Of a stretch of 64,000 nucleotides of DNA, positions 18,616 to 28,579 are shown in pieces. The position numbers were made by a program, and so were the translations under genes. A model generated the notes under the pieces. The model worked only from the letters and a program-made list of their open reading frames with translations. It was not told the origin of the DNA and searched no databases. This stretch comes from Myxococcota bacterium (GTDB lineage Bacteria > Myxococcota_A > SURF-8): positions 288,001-352,000 of the forward strand of contig CAXXQS010000001.1 in the NCBI GenBank assembly GCA_963674735.2, read 5' to 3'. The number at the start of each line of letters is the position of its first letter. The stretch's first letter is position 1.

Positions 18616-20331
18616 TTAGCGGGTGGTGGCCTCGTCCAGGACCGATTCGTCCCACTGGCTGGGATCGCGCACGATGTCGCAATCGACCCACTGAGCCGAA
18701 TTGGGGTTGGTCAGGGGCGACCAGCAGTTTTCGAAAATCTGCCCCAGATCCTCCGAGCGCCACCAGCAGACGCGCTCCTCATCGACGGTTTTACAGTTGG
18801 GTGGATGATACGCGCCCAGCTCGCCTTCGGGCACCGACGCGGCCCAGGGGTCCCAGTAGGGCCATTCCATATATTCCTCGATGGCCTTCAGATAATAACT
18901 GTGAATGCTGCGCACTTCGGCGCTGGTGAGCGGGTACCCGTAGGACTGCGCCTGCGTATAATACAGGGCCAGGTTGCGGTACCAGTCGTCGGGGTCGTAC
19001 TGAAACTGGGATTCGGGCAATTCCTGGTCGAGGGTGATCCGTTCTTCGAGGCCGTCCAAGAGTTTTTCGACGGCGGCATTTTCGTGATTCACCAAAGCGT
19101 TGGCGATGTGGGCCAAATGGAAATAGCGACAGATCCGTTTGTTGTAGCGGTTGAATTGGAAGGACAGCTGGTCGTACTGATTGGGTTCGCCGCGTCCGCA
19201 ATCTTCCGCGCCGCCCTGATGATAGGCGATGTTTTCGGCTGCCTGACGCGCGCTGCATTCCGCGCCCGGAATCAGGTCGCGATACATCATGAGCGCCGCC
19301 AGGTCGCCCTGCTCGGCGTTGAGTGCGGGATCGTCGGTGAAGCCGGGCATATAGATTTCGCCGTTTTCGTCTTTCGTGCGGATGTGGTAGTCGGAATCGA
19401 CGATGTCCTTGGCGAAGGCTTCAAGCAACTCCAGCGCTTCGCCGCAGGCCTCTTGGACCGCCTCGTTACCGCTACGGTCAACGGCGTAGCGCAGATTCGG
19501 AATGAGGCGGAAAACATGCGGCACGTCGTCTTTCGAGCGTAGGCTGGTGACCCATACGTCGTCCCAGAATGGATTGTCGGGGTAGGCGTAGCGGTAGCAG
19601 TTCCAGCGGTCGTAAGGCGAACGCCAGCCGTCGTAGTTGACCGCCTTGCGTTTGCCGTCGTGGGTGAGGAATTCGTGGTTCATGGCGATCACGTTGCGGG
19701 TCATCAGGTGGTGCACCGTATCGTTTTCGTCTTTCACCATGCCCAGCATGGAAGCCGACATGCCTTTGCACAGCTTTTCGGCGGCCAGGGCAATCGTTGC
19801 ATCTTCGTCCACCAGCATGTGAGCGGCCAGCACGTCGCCGAGCACGCGGCTCATGGGAATGTGCAGATTATGCCCGCCATCCGTCAGGTTTTCGGGATGG
19901 TAGAAGGTGACCAGGTCGCCTTCCTTCTTGAAACGTTCATTATACCAGAACTGCCAGTCGCGTTGACCGGTGGAGGCGTCGACACCGTGGGTGGTGTACA
20001 GGACGAAGTCGAAATAATTGATCTTCTTAAGGAAACCCATCACCCGGCGGGTGAAGGCCTGGATCTCCTCCGTCGTGACGGGGTCGCCCACATCTTCGCG
20101 TTCATAGCTGATGGCCAGGGTTTCCGGCAGACCTTCGGGGCGGGCTTCTTCGTCGGGGTCGGCTTCGATATCGCCATCAGGGGTGTCGCCATCGGGCGTC
20201 TCGTCCGTGTCGCCGTCGGGAATCACATCGCTGTCGCCGTCGCTTTGGCTGTCACTGTCGTCGCCGCAAGCGACGAGGAACAGTCCGGCCACGAGTGTCA
20301 ACACCAGCAAGAATCTCAGAGAGCCTGTCAT
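18616..20331 (-). CDS. Hypothetical lipoprotein with DGD-rich linker
   Basis: Lipobox LVAC followed by GDDSDSQSDGDSD..DGD..DGD..DGD; no recognised family. Confidence 0.8.
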   Translation of the reverse strand: MTGSLRFLLVLTLVAGLFLVACGDDSDSQSDGDSDVIPDGDTDETPDGDTPDGDIEADPDEEARPEGLPETLAISYEREDVGDPVTTEEIQAFTRRVMGFLKKINYFDFVLYTTHGVDASTGQRDWQFWYNERFKKEGDLVTFYHPENLTDGGHNLHIPMSRVLGDVLAAHMLVDEDATIALAAEKLCKGMSASMLGMVKDENDTVHHLMTRNVIAMNHEFLTHDGKRKAVNYDGWRSPYDRWNCYRYAYPDNPFWDDVWVTSLRSKDDVPHVFRLIPNLRYAVDRSGNEAVQEACGEALELLEAFAKDIVDSDYHIRTKDENGEIYMPGFTDDPALNAEQGDLAALMMYRDLIPGAECSARQAAENIAYHQGGAEDCGRGEPNQYDQLSFQFNRYNKRICRYFHLAHIANALVNHENAAVEKLLDGLEERITLDQELPESQFQYDPDDWYRNLALYYTQAQSYGYPLTSAEVRSIHSYYLKAIEEYMEWPYWDPWAASVPEGELGAYHPPNCKTVDEERVCWWRSEDLGQIFENCWSPLTNPNSAQWVDCDIVRDPSQWDESVLDEATTR

Positions 20332-20470
20332 GGCATGATCCTTTCCACAAAAAAAGTTTGGACGAGTATGGGGGCTCGTTTGGGATGGGTCAAGAAAAAA
20401 GGTGATTTAGCGGAGGTGGATCTACACGAGCCGGGAAGCGCTATTGCGATCCGTTGCCAACCATGAAAAT

Positions 20471-20496
20471 AAAAGCCCGATCATGCGACCGGGCTT
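20471..20496 (-). terminator. Probable terminator
   Basis: aaaagcccg...cgggctt. Confidence 0.55.
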
Positions 20497-20520
20497 GGGA
20501 ATGCGGTTTGTTCGTGCCTG

Positions 20521-21447
20521 TTACTTTTTCTTTTTGGCGGCCGCAGACTTTTTGGCTTTCGCTGCAAAGCGGCCGACTTTCAAGTAATGGCCGAGGTTGG
20601 CGCTGGGTTTGAGCACGGGACGAATCACCGGATCTTTGGCCGTGATCAGGGCCGTGACGCCCGGGCCATGTCCCGAAATCTTACAGTCGGAATGAATGAC
20701 GATTCCGATGGTGACCGCGCCCTTGCGCCAGTTGCGGCCGTAGCGGTTGTCGTGGTCGAGGATGGCGACGATGTCGCCAAAGCGCATCGATTTCAGATTG
20801 TATTCCTCCAGCGCGCCCTCATCCTGGGTCATGATATCGTAGTCGCCTTTGTTTGGCGTAACCGAACCGATCCCACTGCCCATGAGGTAGCCCGGAACGA
20901 AATGCGTTACCGGCACTTCCAGAACGCCGTCCTTCTTGTTTTCCTTCAGTCCCATGGTTTTGAGTAGCTGCGGACCGAGGTTGTACACGCGGATGCCGGG
21001 GTAATCGAGAAACTCGGTGCCTTGACCGACGGCGCGGACGAGAATCTTGTCGTCGTGTGTCAGCTTGTCGAGTACATTGTCCGGAAACTCGATGATGACG
21101 TGTTCGATGCCGCCGTGGTGACCGATTACGACGCCTTTGGTTCCCTTGGCCTGCCCACTGATGATCGTCGCCTGGTTTCCGGCGCAGGCATAGGCGTTGT
21201 AAGCGGAATTGACCAGTCCGTTACGCTCTTTTTCGCTGGCGCAGCTCGACACGCAAGGCTCGATATGGTCGCCCGCCCAGCCGAAAACCGGGTCGCCCAC
21301 TTTGATGTTATAGGTGATACCGCCGGTTCCGGGATGGGCGAAGGGCAGGCCTTCGGCATCGAAGCGCATGACGCCGCGCGAAATGGGATTGGCGATTTTG
21401 CCTTGTACGCTGATCTCAATCAGCTTGTCGAGGTTGGTTCGGATCAT
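20521..21447 (-). CDS. DUF4438-family protein
   Basis: GTGGITYNIKVGD..GDHIEPCVS..ACAGN..GHHGGIEH..MGSGIG..GDYDI..HSDCKISGHGPGVT. Confidence 0.85.
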   Translation of the reverse strand: MIRTNLDKLIEISVQGKIANPISRGVMRFDAEGLPFAHPGTGGITYNIKVGDPVFGWAGDHIEPCVSSCASEKERNGLVNSAYNAYACAGNQATIISGQAKGTKGVVIGHHGGIEHVIIEFPDNVLDKLTHDDKILVRAVGQGTEFLDYPGIRVYNLGPQLLKTMGLKENKKDGVLEVPVTHFVPGYLMGSGIGSVTPNKGDYDIMTQDEGALEEYNLKSMRFGDIVAILDHDNRYGRNWRKGAVTIGIVIHSDCKISGHGPGVTALITAKDPVIRPVLKPSANLGHYLKVGRFAAKAKKSAAAKKKK

Positions 21448-21628
21448 GGATTTCTCCTGTTGACGGGTGGAACACGAGTTTCAAGCCTACTTCATTTTTC
21501 ACACAGGTCAACAAGAAAGCGTGCTGGGCAGGGCGATGAATGAAATTGACGCATTGCGGCTTGACAAGGTATCATTAATAGTCTACTAAGTGTAGAACAA
21601 TACAATGAAATCGGAGGTGCGGTTCATC

Positions 21629-24600
21629 ATGCCTAAGCTATCGCATGTTTTGTGGGGAGTCTTCTTTGTGTTGGCTTTGACGGTTGCCGGTTGTGGTGGC
21701 GGCGGCGACGACGATCCGGGCCTGGATGGGGATACCGGCGTCGACGGTGATACGGACGGCGACACGGATGGTGACACGGACGGCGATACGGACGGTGATA
21801 CCGACGGCGATACGGACGGCGATACCGACGGTGATACCGACGGCGATACGGACGGCGATACGGACGGTGACACCGACGGTGATACGGACGGTGATACCGA
21901 TGGCGACACGGACGGCGATACGGACGGCGACACGGACGGCGATACGGACGGCGACACCGACGGCGACACCGACGGCGACACCGACGGCGATACGGACGGT
22001 GATACGGACGGCGATGTCGAAGATGAAATGGAAGTCGAAACCGAAATGGAGGTGGAAGCCGAGGTGGAAACCGAGATGGAAGCTGAAGTGGAGGTCGAGG
22101 TAGAAGCCGAGATGGAAGCCGAGATGGAAGCTGAAGTGGAGGCCGAGGTAGAAGCCGAGATGGAAGCCGAAGTGGAAGCCGAATCCGAGACCGAGATTGA
22201 CGCGCTATGCGACAAGGCCTTGCTCCTCCTGGCTTGCGGTGACTTTGCCGATGGCAACAATGCAGAAACGGTGGATGATTGGACGGCCTATTCCTGCCTG
22301 CCGAATGAATCCACCGAAAGCGGCGGCGAAGAGGTGTATGGGTTCGACGCGGCCTGCGACGGCACGGTGTCGATTACGATTACCCCCGATATTCTGATCG
22401 GTGTGGATGGCGATGTGTCGTTCGAAGACGGCGACGAGTCGCCCTATCTGTACGACCTCGATCTGTTCGTTCTCGATGATTGCGATCCCACAAGCTGCCG
22501 TAGCGCCGCAAGCTCGCTCGGTGTGATTCGCCACGATGTCGAAGTCAGCGCAGGGGAGCGCCTCTACTTCGCCATCGATGCGGGATTCGCCTTCGACGAC
22601 GAGGAATGCGACGGCGATAGCGACGACGAATGTGAGGTGGATGGCGACGTGGAAGACGAGGATGACATCGTTTATCTCAACGGCGGACCCTACCGGGTGT
22701 CGGTGGAATGCGTCTGTTATGCCTGCGAGGACAACGACGACGACGGCCACTTCGGTTACGATCCGGTTTATTGCCCCAGCGGTACCGATTGCGACGACGG
22801 CTTGGGGGAGGTGAATCCAGACGAGCCGGAGGTCGCCTGCAACGGCATCGACGACGATTGCAGCGGTTTCGATGATTGCAGTCATGTCGTGTGCGTGGAC
22901 GAGGACCAGGACAGCTTCTATCGCTACGACGCCCAGTCCTGCCCCATGGGCACCGATTGCCAGGACGGTCTGGCGGACATCAAGCCCGGCGCGGCGGAAA
23001 TCGAGTGCGACGGTAAAGACCAGGATTGCGACGGCATGGATTGGTGCCCCGGATCCGGCCAGCATTGCGATCCCTGTTTCGGGGCTTGCAAAGCCGGGCA
23101 TGCATGTCTACCCAACTTTATGGGGATGATCTACATCGAGGATGAGCTGCCCAACCCGCTGATGATCTGCCTGAAGGATTGCTCGGAGGACGGACGCTGT
23201 CCGGACGGCTCCGTTTGCACTTACATGACGGAAGGCTCCTATTGTCTGCCGCAAACCGAACGGGTTTGCGATGGCGATAACCTGGTGGTTCGCGATACCT
23301 GCGGCAACGAACTGGACACACGCAGCTGTCCGGCCGGATCCTGCGATAGTGAGGCCGAGGTGTGTCTGACGGTCTGCGACAGCACGCATGAAACGCTCGA
23401 CTGCGGCGAACATGAAGCCGGTCACACCGCCAACGGCGTCTCGATGATGCTGGACTATAACTGCCGGGGCAACCTGCCGGGCCGGGAGTTGATTTACGAG
23501 GTGACGCCCGTCTGCTCCGGCGTGTTGCATGCGGAATTGAGCCTCATCAGCGACACCGATCTGGTGTTGTTGGCTCTGGCGGATTCTTGCGATAACGCCT
23601 CCTGTGTCGCCGCCAGCGGTGATGACGGCTATCAGCGCGACGTGACCTTCAACGTGGTTGCGGGTGAAACCTATTACCTGGTGGTGGACGGGTCGGATGA
23701 GGACGAGACCGGACGTTTCGATCTGGCGGTGGACTGCGCCTGCACGAACGAGTTGAAGAACCACTGCGGATCCTGTAGCCAGGATTGGCAGTGCAATTAC
23801 GGGGGATCCTGCAAGGTCTACCCGGGCGAAGACGATCCGCCGGTTGGGGTGTGTATGGCCGATTGTTCCTTCAACGGAACGTGTCCCGCCGAGTCCGTGT
23901 GCTACGAAATCGAGCCCGGCGCGTTCCATTGCGTGCCCGATAGCGCCGGACAATGTCTCGACGATGTCTTGTGGCTAAACGACAGTTGCGGGCGTGCGGC
24001 CAAGTTGCAGACCTGCCCGGCCGGTACTTCCTGCGACGCCGAGGCGTTGCGCTGCGCCGATGGCTGTGTGGATGAGGATCAGGATGGTTATTTCGCCATC
24101 GACGAGATCGACTGCCCGGCCGGTGACGACTGTAATGACGATGCGTTCGGCATCAATCCCGGTGCCGAGGATATCTACGATAACGGGGTGGACGAAGATT
24201 GTCTGGGTGGCGATAACGTGGCCACGGCGACGCAATGCCAGCCCTGCGAATATGGAAATTGTGCACCGGGCTATCAGTGCGTCAGTTGGCCGGGCGACGA
24301 TTACGCCTTCTGCATTCAGATGGGCTGTTCGGACAGCGGCGATTGTCAGGGCGAGGATATCTACGATCTCACCTGCTGGTATAACGGCGACGATCCGCCG
24401 GTGTGCATGCCGCGAGACGATGATGAATTCAATACCTGCGTGCAGGACGTCTTCACCGCCACCGACGGATGCGGACACGTCTACCTGCAGGAAGACTGCG
24501 ACATTAATTGTTATCCAACGGAAGGCTGTGTGAACTACTGCGACGGCGGGGCGGATGTGCCCGCCTGCGACATGGTGCTCGCGGGCGACACGCGCACCGG

Positions 24601-25489
24601 AATCAGTCACACCACGTATTATTACAACTCGGAACGCACCTACCGCCACTTGGAAGGCCCCGAGCTTTCCTACACCTACGTCGCGGCGGCGGACGGCGAG
24701 ATGTCGGCGCGCCTGGTGAGCGACCATGATCTGCGCTTGATCGTGCTCTCAAGCAGCTTCGGGCGTTGTCGTACCTATAAAATGATTGAGTCGTCGTCTT
24801 TCGATAGCGGCGTGGTGTCCTGGCTGGTGACGGAAGGAAGCACCTATTTCCTGGTGGTCGACGGCTACGAAGGCGCTGCGGGAGAATTTGAAATCGAGTT
24901 GATCTGTCCGCAATCGGCCTGCGAAGATCTCGATAACGACAGCTACAAGGGATTCGACATCGTCGATTGTCCCACCGGGCGCGACTGCGACGACGACAAC
25001 GAGAATATCAACCCGGATGGGGTGGAGGTGGAATGCGACCGCATCGACCAGGATTGCGACGGCTTCGATGCCTGCGACAATCCCACCTGCGATGTCGATC
25101 ACGAAATCACCTGCAACGGCGGGCCGGTCCACGGCGACAACACCGGCGAGCCGAATCACATCCATGTTTACGATGACCCGGATGCCGGAGAACCCTGCTC
25201 GCACTACTATTCCGACGAGGAAACGGCGGGCGAGGTGGTCTATCACCTGACGGCTTCCTGCGATGGCACGCTGAAGGCGGAGATGGCGTTTGACGACGAT
25301 GCCCTGCTGGGTGTGTTCATCCTGGAAGGCGCGTGCGAAGCGGCAGCCTGCAAGACCTTCGGGTATCGCATGAACGTGCAGGCGGCCGAAACCGCCATGG
25401 TGGCGGGCGAAGACTATTACATCGTGGTGGACGGCGTTCGCGGCGAGGACGGCGGTTTCGATCTCGACGTCACCTGCACCTGCGATTAG
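21629..25489 (+). CDS. Large surface lipoprotein: (DGDT)n and (EAEV/M)n stalk, MopE-like Cys/Asp metal-binding repeats, PPC-like beta domains
   Basis: Lipobox VAGC; four D-x-D-x-D..DCDD..INP..E..NGxDxDC motifs; four YYLVVDG-like domains; many Cys-rich modules. Confidence 0.88.
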   Translation: MPKLSHVLWGVFFVLALTVAGCGGGGDDDPGLDGDTGVDGDTDGDTDGDTDGDTDGDTDGDTDGDTDGDTDGDTDGDTDGDTDGDTDGDTDGDTDGDTDGDTDGDTDGDTDGDTDGDTDGDTDGDTDGDVEDEMEVETEMEVEAEVETEMEAEVEVEVEAEMEAEMEAEVEAEVEAEMEAEVEAESETEIDALCDKALLLLACGDFADGNNAETVDDWTAYSCLPNESTESGGEEVYGFDAACDGTVSITITPDILIGVDGDVSFEDGDESPYLYDLDLFVLDDCDPTSCRSAASSLGVIRHDVEVSAGERLYFAIDAGFAFDDEECDGDSDDECEVDGDVEDEDDIVYLNGGPYRVSVECVCYACEDNDDDGHFGYDPVYCPSGTDCDDGLGEVNPDEPEVACNGIDDDCSGFDDCSHVVCVDEDQDSFYRYDAQSCPMGTDCQDGLADIKPGAAEIECDGKDQDCDGMDWCPGSGQHCDPCFGACKAGHACLPNFMGMIYIEDELPNPLMICLKDCSEDGRCPDGSVCTYMTEGSYCLPQTERVCDGDNLVVRDTCGNELDTRSCPAGSCDSEAEVCLTVCDSTHETLDCGEHEAGHTANGVSMMLDYNCRGNLPGRELIYEVTPVCSGVLHAELSLISDTDLVLLALADSCDNASCVAASGDDGYQRDVTFNVVAGETYYLVVDGSDEDETGRFDLAVDCACTNELKNHCGSCSQDWQCNYGGSCKVYPGEDDPPVGVCMADCSFNGTCPAESVCYEIEPGAFHCVPDSAGQCLDDVLWLNDSCGRAAKLQTCPAGTSCDAEALRCADGCVDEDQDGYFAIDEIDCPAGDDCNDDAFGINPGAEDIYDNGVDEDCLGGDNVATATQCQPCEYGNCAPGYQCVSWPGDDYAFCIQMGCSDSGDCQGEDIYDLTCWYNGDDPPVCMPRDDDEFNTCVQDVFTATDGCGHVYLQEDCDINCYPTEGCVNYCDGGADVPACDMVLAGDTRTGISHTTYYYNSERTYRHLEGPELSYTYVAAADGEMSARLVSDHDLRLIVLSSSFGRCRTYKMIESSSFDSGVVSWLVTEGSTYFLVVDGYEGAAGEFEIELICPQSACEDLDNDSYKGFDIVDCPTGRDCDDDNENINPDGVEVECDRIDQDCDGFDACDNPTCDVDHEITCNGGPVHGDNTGEPNHIHVYDDPDAGEPCSHYYSDEETAGEVVYHLTASCDGTLKAEMAFDDDALLGVFILEGACEAAACKTFGYRMNVQAAETAMVAGEDYYIVVDGVRGEDGGFDLDVTCTCD
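21743..22015 (+). repeat. 12-bp tandem repeat (~22 copies) encoding DGDT
   Basis: gacgg(c/t)ga(c/t)ac(g/c) units with only synonymous variation. Confidence 0.95.
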
Positions 25490-25515
25490 CGTCTGCGGAA
25501 TGCGTATCGGTTATC

Positions 25516-25544
25516 AGGGCCGCTCCTTCGGGGGCGGCTCTTTT
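25516..25544 (+). terminator. Rho-independent terminator
   Basis: agggccgctcc-TTCG-ggggcggctct-ttt. Confidence 0.8.
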
Positions 25545-25570
25545 CGTTTGTCAACGGGCGGAAGCCGCGT

Positions 25571-26125
25571 TCAGGCCGGAGCTTGCAGGGATTTCAGATA
25601 GGCATCCAAGCGGAACGACAGCTTGACGTATTCAGCCGCCTGTTTGGAGGACACGCGGTAGTTGTCGGCATGCACCGCTTTGTTGCGCAGCTGCCGCAGT
25701 TCGCGGAACACCCGTGCCTTGTTGTCGTTCAGCAGATCATGCTCGATCAACAGCAGCTCGATGGCCTTATGCGGAGTGGGGCTGTCGGCGGGGATGGACA
25801 GCTTGCGTTCCTGCAGCAGTGCGTGCGAGCGCTGTTCGATCTGCTGCCAGGCCTCTTGAACCGCGGCCTTGGGGGCGATGGAGGCCAATTCCAACAGGTC
25901 GACGTCCTTGTGGGTGGCCGATTCATCCACACGGGGCAGGTTTTCCTGCCGGATGCCGTCTTCGATCTGCCGAATGTCCTGCTCGAAGGTGATTTCCAGA
26001 TCTTTGTACTTCACCTGTTTCGATTTTCCGATCAGGTTTCCGAGGGGTTTACGCAATAATGCAATCGTGATCAACAGGGTCAACGCCCAGATTCCGTGTT
26101 TGATGATGGGAACCCATTCCGCCAT
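25571..26125 (-). CDS. Membrane-anchored protein with DUF4145/HEPN-like C-terminal domain
   Basis: N-terminal TM helix; APKAAVQEAW..IE; FRELRQLRNKAVHA (R-x4-H). Confidence 0.65.
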   Translation of the reverse strand: MAEWVPIIKHGIWALTLLITIALLRKPLGNLIGKSKQVKYKDLEITFEQDIRQIEDGIRQENLPRVDESATHKDVDLLELASIAPKAAVQEAWQQIEQRSHALLQERKLSIPADSPTPHKAIELLLIEHDLLNDNKARVFRELRQLRNKAVHADNYRVSSKQAAEYVKLSFRLDAYLKSLQAPA

Positions 26126-26196
26126 GACCTTCTCCCCAATCTGATTCGGATGCAGGCAGCATAGCGCGCTACAAACGCAGGGTCAAGTGTGAGCAG

Positions 26197-26373
26197 GGCG
26201 TTTCAATTCTGATTGAGTCTCGAATCATCTTCGATTGATGATGGGTGGCACGGGCAAAACCGTCAGGTTTGCCCGTGAAAACAGCATGGGCAAGCCACAG
26301 GCTTGGCCCATGGCACCCCGTAAGCCGAATGATAGGAGGTGGAAAACGGTGAAAAGCTTGGAAGTGAAACGCC
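26197..26373 (+). mobile_element. 177-bp MITE-like element, copy 1 (complete)
   Basis: TIRs GGCGTTTCAATTCT / GGAAGTGAAACGCC; internal double hairpin 26243-26318; near-identical to 34643-34769 and 55939-56115. Confidence 0.85.
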
Positions 26374-26427
26374 CTGCAAGCGAAAGTTGTCGGCTTGCGG
26401 CTGCGGCTATACGCAAACGGCAACCGC

Positions 26428-27147
26428 TTACAGATCGAAATAGTAGCCGATCTTGAGCGACACTTCCCCGCTGACGGGCAGGGGCTTGAAACTGTCGGAT
26501 CCGGCGTGAATGCGGGGATTGTTGATCGGCACATGCAGGCCCACCCAGGGGTTGAGATAGAGATTGTCGTAAAACTTCCAGATGTAGCCGCCGCCGAGGG
26601 TGTACACGAGGTTCAGCCAACGCTGGGTGGCGGCCGAGGATTTGTGTACGATGCGGTTTTCCCACAGCTCGAAACCGGTGCCCACCCACCAGCCGTCGAA
26701 CGCTTCGCCGAAGACGTAATCCACGATCAACGCGCCGACCGTCGTTTGCTGGTCGCCAAAGGCGTCGTTGCCCACCAGAAAATCGGGCATGTTCATGCGT
26801 GCGCCCACGAGTCGAATTTTGATGGAATCGATGCCCACCCAGGTTTGCCCCGACATCCCGAAATGGCCGCTCGCCGCACTCATGGCGACGGGCAGCAAAT
26901 CGAGTGTGAAGCCCAGCGCCAATTTGCGGCGCGAGGGCAGGGGCGGAGCATCGAGTCGGGACTCAACAATCGGGGAGGCGATCGGGTCATCCGTTGGTGA
27001 CGAAACCTCATCGGCGGACGCCGCCGCTCGGCTTGGAGAGAGAGACCACAAAAGCAGAATCAGGATGGAGCACAGATAAGGCGGAAACGGATTGAGCTGA
27101 GGTCGTCGATTGACACAAGGCGGATTGTTTTGAAAGCGGCACAGCAT
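26428..27147 (-). CDS. Hypothetical exported protein, probable small outer-membrane beta-barrel (start uncertain)
   Basis: Signal-like segment; alternating beta strands GWWVGTGFELW, LGGGYIWKFYDNLYLNPWVG; ends in SLKIGYYFDL. Confidence 0.6.
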   Translation of the reverse strand: MLCRFQNNPPCVNRRPQLNPFPPYLCSILILLLWSLSPSRAAASADEVSSPTDDPIASPIVESRLDAPPLPSRRKLALGFTLDLLPVAMSAASGHFGMSGQTWVGIDSIKIRLVGARMNMPDFLVGNDAFGDQQTTVGALIVDYVFGEAFDGWWVGTGFELWENRIVHKSSAATQRWLNLVYTLGGGYIWKFYDNLYLNPWVGLHVPINNPRIHAGSDSFKPLPVSGEVSLKIGYYFDL

Positions 27148-27331
27148 GAGAGACTCCCTTCATTTTTACGTGTCACCGGCAGGTGACAAGGCCGAGAGTA
27201 AGTCACTTACTGGTGACATGTCAAGTGAAAAAATGAAAAACGTGAAACCGGCGGGAAAGCCGGATCGGAATGGAATTATCGGACGGGTTGCCGGATCTAA
27301 AAGAAAGGCACGCGATCAGGAGGTACTGACG

Positions 27332-28186
27332 ATGATATTGGTCACAGGAGCAACCGGAACGGTCGGACGTCAGGTGGTTGAGTCGTTGCGTAGCAAGGGG
27401 GTTCCGGTGCGCGCCGGACTCCGCGACATCGAAAAGGGGGGGCGTTTGTGGCCCCACGGCGTCGAATGGGCAAAGCTGGATTTCGATCAACCCGAAAGCC
27501 TGGCGAAGGCCTGCGAAGGGATTCGGAAAGTTTTCTATGTGTCACCCTTTTCACCGGATATGGCGGAACAAACCGGCCACCTGGTGCAACAGGCGTTGAA
27601 AAGCGGGGTGACGCATATCGTGCGACTGTCGGTGTACGGCGCGGATGAGGAGAAACCTACGGCGTTGCAACGCGGGCACCGGGACGCGGAGCGTTTGATC
27701 GAGGAATCGGGGCTGGCCTACACGTTTTTACGGCCGAATTCGTTTATGGAAAACTTCATCCATCATCATGGTGCGGCGATTCGTTCCCAAAACCAGGTTT
27801 TCATGCCCATGGGAAAGGGGCGCGTGAGCTATGTGGCCGTGCGGGATATCGCCGATGCGGCGGCGGAGGTTTTGACGAGCGAAGGCCATGCCGGCAAGAG
27901 CTACACGCTCACCGGACCGCAGGCGCTCGATGGGCGGGATGTGGCGTTGGCGCTCTCCGAAGCGCTCGGACGATCGATCGTCTTTACCGATATTCCGGAA
28001 GACACCGCACGCGCGGCCATGTCGATGATGCCGCGGTGGTTGGTCGATGCGCTGCTGGAGTTGCAGGCCGCCTGCAAAGTGGGGAAATTCGCCGAGGTTT
28101 CCGAATCGGCGCGCCGTCTGGCCGGGCGTCCGGCGACTCCATTTATGAACTGGGCGCGCGAGCATGTCGAGGCCTGGGTGGGCTGA
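27332..28186 (+). CDS. NmrA/SDR-family NAD(P)-binding oxidoreductase
   Basis: MILVTGATGTVG, YTFLRPNSFMEN, SYVAVRDIADAA, YTLTGP; AGGAGG RBS. Confidence 0.92.
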   Translation: MILVTGATGTVGRQVVESLRSKGVPVRAGLRDIEKGGRLWPHGVEWAKLDFDQPESLAKACEGIRKVFYVSPFSPDMAEQTGHLVQQALKSGVTHIVRLSVYGADEEKPTALQRGHRDAERLIEESGLAYTFLRPNSFMENFIHHHGAAIRSQNQVFMPMGKGRVSYVAVRDIADAAAEVLTSEGHAGKSYTLTGPQALDGRDVALALSEALGRSIVFTDIPEDTARAAMSMMPRWLVDALLELQAACKVGKFAEVSESARRLAGRPATPFMNWAREHVEAWVG

Positions 28187-28227
28187 TCCTCGTATCGGAG
28201 TCGCTCGGAGCGACTTGGCTTTCGTGG

Positions 28228-28253
28228 GTTGGAGCGTGTCTCCGACGGGCTCC
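28228..28253 (+). repeat. 26-bp palindromic REP-like unit (family B), copy 1
   Basis: GTTGGAGCGTGTCTCCGACGGGCTCC, identical at 29562-29587 and related at 47685-47710. Confidence 0.8.
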
Positions 28254-28280
28254 AGGTGCTGAAATCACTCATCGTCCAAA

Positions 28281-28356
28281 AGTAGGATGGGCAACTTGTT
28301 GCCCACCTTTAATGTGTTAATCATGATGTAATGATGGGCAACAAGTTGCCCATCCT
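28281..28356. repeat. GTAG-type REP doublet (family A); the second REP is interrupted by the IS110
   Basis: AGTAGGATGGGCAACTTGTTGCCCACC (28281-28307) and inverted GATGGGCAACAAGTTGCCCATCCT (28333-28356), which resumes as ACT at 29533. Confidence 0.85.
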
Positions 28357-28369
28357 TGTATTATCCCTT

Positions 28370-28579
28370 TCAAGCGACTGTCATCGTTTGTGATGATAAG
28401 ATGAAACGACCTCCCGTAGCAAGCGGGAGGCCGTGGTGGGCGGCGAGATCGTCCCATCCTGGGGCCTGATGAGCCCGTTTTGTAGCCGGATCCGCCGTCC
28501 GTTTCGTCCGGGAAAACCCGAACAGTCGCAGGGGCCATTGTAATCGAAATGAGCCCGTATTGGCAAGGAAGGGTGCGCC
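28370..28579 (+). ncRNA. Predicted bridge RNA (5' hairpin, target-binding loop, donor-binding loop); ends approximate
   Basis: LTG CCCATCCT 28453-60, RTG GTAG 28482-85, LDG ACAGTCGC 28522-29, RDG CAAG 28564-67; each pair flanks a GGGC..GCCC inner stem. Confidence 0.85.

Noticed and set aside
21743-22200. Tandem repeats as a possible CRISPR array
   Set aside because: They are in-frame coding 12-bp repeats without unique spacers, and no cas genes are in the window.
26197-26373. GTTTCAAT...GTGAAAC ends as CRISPR repeats
   Set aside because: They are inverted termini of a dispersed 177-bp element, not direct repeats separated by spacers.
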